NCBI GenBank assembly: GCA_002452215.1
Contig: DKCO01000043.1
Location: 3,406 to 67,405 of the forward strand
Source: Spirochaetales bacterium UBA6872
GTDB taxonomy: Bacteria > Spirochaetota > Spirochaetia > Sphaerochaetales > Sphaerochaetaceae
Length of the DNA stretch: 64,000 bases
Direction: 5' to 3'
The position numbers and the translations under genes were made by a program. The notes under the pieces are model-generated. The model was not told the origin of the DNA and did not search any database. It worked only from the letters and a program-made list of their open reading frames with translations. Below, one piece after another: positions 59,041 through 64,000 of the stretch. Position 1 is the stretch's first letter. Each line of letters begins with the position of its first letter.

Positions 59041-59712
59041 CTATACGTATTTTTTAATGTACTCAATATTGAATTCTATATGTTGACGCATATAGTCTGC
59101 TGCTTTTTCTGGCTCTCTTTCTTTTATAGCGTCAACAATTGCTTGATGGTATATGATTGTTTGTTCAGTCAATGCTCTATTAGTAACCGAGACATTTAGT
59201 GATATTCCGTCCATCAATATCGGAATAAGCTTTGACAAGACCTGATTATGAGTGCAATTTGCCCAGAAAACATGCAAGTCTATATCTTCTTGAAAATGAT
59301 CCTCTCCCTTTTTTATCTTCTCAGCAACCTTATCACATAAAAGTTGCATTTTATTAATATCATCATCAGTTGCAAGAAGTGATGCCTTTTTTACAAGTTC
59401 TGGCTCTATCATTTTCCTAACTTCGCACAGATCCAAGGCTCGTTTTTTTTCGTCTGAGAGAAACTCAAGTCCGATTGGGTCGTTGCTAACACCCACCGAA
59501 GAACAAACATATGTGCCATTACCCCTATGAATTTCGAGTATATTACGACTAACCAGTTGTTTTATCGCTTCTCTTATCGTACTTCGACTGACTGAAAACT
59601 TGGCAGCAAGATCCATTTCGTTAGGAATCTTTGAGCCAATCTCATATTCGCCGTTTTTTATACTTTCTATAAGTTTCTCTGCTACTTCTATACTAAGGGG
59701 TTTTCTTTTCAT
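59041..59712 (-). CDS. GntR-family (FadR subfamily) transcriptional regulator
   Basis: N-terminal wHTH (PNEMDLAAKFSVSRSTIREAIKQL) followed by an FCD domain. Confidence 0.8.
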   Translation of the reverse strand: MKRKPLSIEVAEKLIESIKNGEYEIGSKIPNEMDLAAKFSVSRSTIREAIKQLVSRNILEIHRGNGTYVCSSVGVSNDPIGLEFLSDEKKRALDLCEVRKMIEPELVKKASLLATDDDINKMQLLCDKVAEKIKKGEDHFQEDIDLHVFWANCTHNQVLSKLIPILMDGISLNVSVTNRALTEQTIIYHQAIVDAIKEREPEKAADYMRQHIEFNIEYIKKYV

Positions 59713-59799
59713 AAACAGAACAATTTTCCTATTTCAAGCCAAAGTCGTCAACTACAGTAAAAATATTCAGTCTTGCTCATTGCTTTTTATAGCTGATGA

Positions 59800-59821
59800 A
59801 ATGGGCGAATAATCGCCCATT
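59800..59821 (-). terminator. Hairpin immediately after the hexokinase gene
   Basis: Perfect 9-bp stem AATGGGCGA/TCGCCCATT with a 4-nt loop, ending 2 nt before the stop codon's position. The trailing U tract is weak. Confidence 0.45.
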
Positions 59822-59823
59822 GT

Positions 59824-61116
59824 TTAAAGTCCCAATCCAGCTATAGCAGCTCCAATTGTCGGAGATGAGTCTACATTTACTATCTTGAAATAACGAGAGA
59901 ATCTCTTTTCGAGAATCAAGTCAAGGTACATTCTTGTATAGAACTCAAGGAATTCAGTTTTGTAGAAAGTAGTACCATCAGCATTTATCACAACTGGATA
60001 GCGGGGATTTGTTCCAGAGCCAGAGGCTAGGATTGCAGCAGTAAGATTTATTGCTGTAAGCTTTGCGGCCCTTTCTATTATTGCTTTTATTATTCTGTAA
60101 AGAGCTATTGCATCATCCTCATTTCTCTCAACGCACCTTACAAGGTCGTAGTCTTGATTATTAGGCATCTCAAGGTAGTTTGACATTCGAGTCGTGTTCA
60201 AGTGCTCTATTTTCGAATAGCGCTCAGCAAAAGCCTTTGAAAGAATACCCTCCTCGATTGCTTTTTCAATTACTAGAGCAGCAAAGCCTCCAAGATAAGC
60301 ACCCGATATCTTCTTCTCAAAGTGGTAGTTGTTCGGATCCTTTGTAGTCTTCATGAAAAGATCGTCAAGATCACCCAACTCGAGCTTCAAGCAACCAGAT
60401 TCCACATTTATAACTTGCTTATCATCATCTGGCCTATTTAGCTTTTTTATATTCCTATCGATTTCGCAATAAGCTGTATTGGTACCAGTTCCAAGAATAA
60501 ATCCTATATATCCAGATGCATTATCTGCAAAGGCACTCTTTGCAGCAAGAAGTGTCGCAACAGTGTCATTCACAATCGACACTCTCTTCTTTGATACATC
60601 ATGGCCACGCCTTTTCAGTTCTGCAAGCAAATTCTCTCCGAGTGGCTTTCCAATGACTTCCGGAGCCTTTATCTCCTTAGAAAACAAAAGAGGAATGCCA
60701 TCATGGTTCTCGAGTATTTTGGCAGCATATGAGAAACAGAAGCCGATTTTATCGGACTTGTCTATAAGCCTCTCCACATTGTCAGCAAGTATTGAGAAGA
60801 ACTCTTTTGCAGAAACCTCTCTATCAACACCGGGCATTCCAGTTTTCTTGAAATCAGAAATCACAGCCTTCTTGTTTTCATCAAATGTCACTAGACATGT
60901 CCTGAAATTCGTTCCCCCTGCATCCAGAACTATAACACTCTCTCCCGGGATTATCTTTGCATCTGGCGAGACATAAGTCGCAATCATTTGTAAAGATGAG
61001 CCAGAACCTGACAGCCCATTTTCCATCTCGCCCTTAAAAAGAGCAAGCAACTTATCTTCATCAACTGACTTTGCCGAAAGCATATGCCTCGAGAGAAAAT
61101 CATCTATTCTGTCCAT
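59824..61116 (-). CDS. Eukaryote-type hexokinase-family sugar kinase
   Basis: 430 aa with VLDAGGTNFR, GFCFSYAA, VNDTVATLLA and FILGTGTNTAY, which parallel the LDLGGTNFR, FTFSFP, NDTVGT and GTGxNxxY hexokinase motifs. Confidence 0.75.
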   Translation of the reverse strand: MDRIDDFLSRHMLSAKSVDEDKLLALFKGEMENGLSGSGSSLQMIATYVSPDAKIIPGESVIVLDAGGTNFRTCLVTFDENKKAVISDFKKTGMPGVDREVSAKEFFSILADNVERLIDKSDKIGFCFSYAAKILENHDGIPLLFSKEIKAPEVIGKPLGENLLAELKRRGHDVSKKRVSIVNDTVATLLAAKSAFADNASGYIGFILGTGTNTAYCEIDRNIKKLNRPDDDKQVINVESGCLKLELGDLDDLFMKTTKDPNNYHFEKKISGAYLGGFAALVIEKAIEEGILSKAFAERYSKIEHLNTTRMSNYLEMPNNQDYDLVRCVERNEDDAIALYRIIKAIIERAAKLTAINLTAAILASGSGTNPRYPVVINADGTTFYKTEFLEFYTRMYLDLILEKRFSRYFKIVNVDSSPTIGAAIAGLGL

Positions 61117-61133
61117 CAGAACCTCCTTAGTCT

Positions 61134-61763
61134 CTAGAATGATACTATAATCGGTTCAATCGAAACAGTGCTTCCGTTTATATTGCACTCTGCTATATCG
61201 ATATTTATCTTCTTATCACCACTGGATTCGATCTCAATCTTAAATGCAATAACAAGCTCTTCCTTCAGAGTATCGCCTGAAAGTATCAAATTGCCATTCG
61301 ATTGGACAAATAGATCCGACAGTCCCTTTCCAAGCATCAGATTAGAAAGCGAGATGTCATCTCCACCTGATATGTAGATATCTCCATCGACAACAAAGTC
61401 TCCATGTTTAAAATCCAATTCGACGAGCTTTTCTTTTGCTTTTTTCATAAATGGCGATATCTCAGATGACAGCTTTGCAAAAAAAGAAAGAATCGAATTA
61501 TCTGACTTCGGATTCGATAGCGAGATGTAATAACTTGAGACATCGGAGGAATCAAAATGAATACTCCTAGGAAAAGCACCTCTTCCATCTTCAAACAAGA
61601 CACCGTCCAAACTTATCTTTGGCACGTTTACATAAGCTGCTGAAACTGAAAGAACCAATGCCGTCACAGGATCTTTTATTGCGATAACATCATTTGCTGT
61701 AACAGACGAAAAAACAGGCAATACCAAACATAGGGATAATAAAACAGCAATTATTTTTTTCAT
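61134..61763 (-). CDS. Hypothetical secreted protein
   Basis: Best start is the ATG at 61763 (MKKIIAVLLSLCLVLPVFSS signal). The ORF track extends to 61901. Confidence 0.45.
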   Translation of the reverse strand: MKKIIAVLLSLCLVLPVFSSVTANDVIAIKDPVTALVLSVSAAYVNVPKISLDGVLFEDGRGAFPRSIHFDSSDVSSYYISLSNPKSDNSILSFFAKLSSEISPFMKKAKEKLVELDFKHGDFVVDGDIYISGGDDISLSNLMLGKGLSDLFVQSNGNLILSGDTLKEELVIAFKIEIESSGDKKINIDIAECNINGSTVSIEPIIVSF

Positions 61764-61890
61764 TTTCGTACCATTCGAACTAATTCTACCATTGCAAAAG
61801 TTATAGAGACAAGAAGAAACCATTTGCTTGATATCGCATGCATTGTTGTTAGCCCAATTGCTTAGACTGTCCCAAGGACATCCCTTGTAC

Positions 61891-62202
61891 TCACTCATCA
61901 ACCCACTCTACATTTTTCTCGATATCCATAAATGTTTTGCCATTCCAGATCGAAGCATTTAGAAACTCATTGACAGGATATAGTCTTTCTCCTCCTTTAT
62001 AGACCCCAAAATATCCATCAACAGGTGGCTCCAATTGAGACAAATACAAAATACATTTGCCATCCACATCATTTTCCCTATAACCTTGAATGAAGAATTT
62101 TTTTCCTTGATACGTAAAGATTACCTCATCTCCATATGTAATCTTGTCAATAAAATCGTTGATATTACCATTTATCATAAGCAACTCCCCTAGCATAGTC
62201 AT
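61891..62202 (-). CDS. Hypothetical small cytoplasmic protein
   Basis: 103-aa ORF with no recognisable motif. The coding call rests only on ORF length and operon position. Confidence 0.35.
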   Translation of the reverse strand: MTMLGELLMINGNINDFIDKITYGDEVIFTYQGKKFFIQGYRENDVDGKCILYLSQLEPPVDGYFGVYKGGERLYPVNEFLNASIWNGKTFMDIEKNVEWVDE

Positions 62203-62444
62203 TTTATTCTGAACTGCTGAAGTCTTTATGTTGACCTATTTTTTTCTCTATCTTATTATTTAATTAATTTATAAAGCATCTATCTGATGCAAAGGATTAT
62301 TGTGGACGACAGCCCCAGTGGTAATAAACGCAAAAAAACAAAGAAAGAAGAGGTGCCTCCCTCTTACGATTGCATAGAAAACTACTTTCTCCTGCTTTGA
62401 AAAGAGAAAAAGAAAAAGCAAACAATATGAAATAGGAGAAAGGA

Positions 62445-63785
62445 ATGTCAGTAGCAACAGTAATAGCAATACAAATAATCATGATTTTCATAAATGCTTT
62501 CTTTGCGGGTACAGAGATTGCAGTCATTTCATTGAACCAGACAAGGCTTAGAAAAGATGCAGAGGATGGCGATAAGATTGCAACAAAGCTCGTTGCAATG
62601 GTCGACAATCCGTCATCATTTCTATCAACAATACAGATATGTATAACGCTTGCGGGTTTCTTAGGAGCAGCATTTTCCGCCAATGTGCTTTCAGATCACT
62701 TGGTTAGTATATTCGTAAAGCTTGGACTAAATTGGAACATAGCTTTGCTCAATACGATATCTGTCGTATTGATTACAATCATAATATCGTTTTTCACGCT
62801 TATCCTCGGCGAACTGGTTCCAAAACGTATTGCACAGCAAAAGCCAATGGGATGGGCCAGAGCCGCGATAAGAGTGCTTGGCGTACTTGCTGTTTTCTTC
62901 AAGCCGATGATCTGGCTTTTGGCAGCATGCACAAATCTCATCTTGAAGCTATTGCACCTAAAGACAAACGGATCTGAGGAAACAGTCACAGAGGAAGATA
63001 TCCGCCTCATGGTTGAGTCTTCAGGAGAAAATGGCGCTATAGAAGAAGATGAGAAGGAATGGATCCAAAATGTCTTCGACTTCAATGACATAGCTGTCGA
63101 TGACGTAATGACACGAGTCGGTGATGTAACAGCAATCCAAGAAGATATTCCTGAAAGAGAGTTTTTAGAGATAATAAAATCAACTGGATTTTCCCGTTTT
63201 CCTGTCTACGGCGAAGACATCAACGATATAAAAGGAATAATGTTCGCAAAAGAATTTCTTTTAAACTTGTCAGACAAAAACAGAAAGCCATTCAAAGAAA
63301 TCATCAGGCCAGCATATCTTGTACCTGACTCGATACATGCAGACAAGCTCTTGAGCAATATGCAAGAGAATTCAGTGCATATGGCTCTTGTAATCGATGA
63401 ATATGGCCAATTTGTAGGCATAATAACAATGGAAGATCTTCTTGAGGAACTTGTAGGCAATATATACGATGAATTCGATAAAAAAGAAGAAGAAGAAATA
63501 CAAAAAATCGATGATAGCACTTGGAAAGTCACAGGCGATACTACAATAGAGGACTTCAATGAAGCAACAGAAGTATATGATATCCCTGAAAGCGAGGATT
63601 ACGACACAATAGGAGGCCTTGTGTTGTCGACTCTTTCAACGTTCCCAGAGGATGGAACTGAGATAGAAGTAGAAAAGGATGGCTTCTCTTTCCATGTTAC
63701 AAAAATTGAAGACAGGAAGATAATCACAGTAATAGTAAAGAAACTGCCTGAGCAAAAAGAAAGCTCAGAGGAAAAAGAAGAGTAG
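62445..63785 (+). CDS. CNNM/TlyC/CorC-family protein (DUF21 TM domain, CBS pair, CorC_HlyC domain)
   Basis: 446 aa. The N-terminus FINAFFAGTEIAVISL, a CBS region, and a C-terminal TIGGLVL...PEDG transporter-associated domain are present. Confidence 0.8.
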   Translation: MSVATVIAIQIIMIFINAFFAGTEIAVISLNQTRLRKDAEDGDKIATKLVAMVDNPSSFLSTIQICITLAGFLGAAFSANVLSDHLVSIFVKLGLNWNIALLNTISVVLITIIISFFTLILGELVPKRIAQQKPMGWARAAIRVLGVLAVFFKPMIWLLAACTNLILKLLHLKTNGSEETVTEEDIRLMVESSGENGAIEEDEKEWIQNVFDFNDIAVDDVMTRVGDVTAIQEDIPEREFLEIIKSTGFSRFPVYGEDINDIKGIMFAKEFLLNLSDKNRKPFKEIIRPAYLVPDSIHADKLLSNMQENSVHMALVIDEYGQFVGIITMEDLLEELVGNIYDEFDKKEEEEIQKIDDSTWKVTGDTTIEDFNEATEVYDIPESEDYDTIGGLVLSTLSTFPEDGTEIEVEKDGFSFHVTKIEDRKIITVIVKKLPEQKESSEEKEE

Positions 63786-63809
63786 CTATTCAACCATTTG
63801 CAATACGAG

Positions 63810-63838
63810 CCCTCTGATTATGAATCGGAGGGTTTTTT
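63810..63838 (+). terminator. Rho-independent terminator after the CNNM/TlyC gene
   Basis: CCCTCTGA-TTATGAA-TCGGAGGG forms 8 bp (one G-U pair) followed by TTTTTT. Confidence 0.7.
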
Positions 63839-64000
63839 CAAATCCAGGAATTCTATCAGCATGCAAAAGGATATACATAACAGCTCCAAATCCATCGGAA
63901 AATGATGAGATATCGCTATCATCATCTATCGAAAAATATGAAAATAGGTTCTTGAGCATCTCCTTCCTCATAAGATTTGCATTCTCAACACTTTTATCAT

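Noticed and set aside
63786-63971. 61-aa minus-strand ORF at the window edge.
   Set aside because: Its 3' part runs through the clear Rho-independent terminator of the CNNM/TlyC gene, and the ORF is truncated by the window end. There is too little evidence to call it.

Overview
This is a 64-kb bacterial chromosomal window, densely coded and moderately AT-rich by eye. It is probably from a diderm, perhaps a Treponema-like spirochaete. That guess is low-confidence inference from spirochaete-style lipoboxes, beta-barrel-like secreted proteins, a eukaryote-type hexokinase and a poly-G promoter tract. Recognisable housekeeping and catabolic blocks: uxaB-uxaA-uxaC plus an IclR/KdgR-like regulator (124-5322); an eight-gene ilvN-ilvC-leuA-leuC-leuD-leuB-ilvD-ilvB operon (16884-26220, minus strand) preceded by a leader-peptide attenuator; two ABC importers; a uracil permease; and a GntR-linked sugar-acid cluster with a second IlvD/Edd dehydratase (52804-59712). 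The standout is a nine-gene minus-strand operon (5319-14695). It encodes a PapD-like periplasmic chaperone, a 1096-aa usher-like beta-barrel protein and seven secreted proteins I could not place in any family by eye. All seven end in a pilin-like terminal beta-strand motif. I read this as a divergent chaperone-usher surface-fibre system. Its candidate promoter has a G10 homopolymer inside the 17-nt -35/-10 spacer, which suggests phase variation. Other notable items: a dinJ-yafQ toxin-antitoxin cassette bracketed by 86-105 bp direct repeats that duplicate the 3' end of an ABC ATPase gene; a decayed second copy of that toxin-antitoxin module; IS debris and a poly-A frameshifted pseudogene; a Fic protein whose catalytic His is Asn; and a lipoprotein with four lamin-tail-domain repeats. 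I saw no rRNA, tRNA or CRISPR array. All family calls come from motif recognition by eye, with no searches run.
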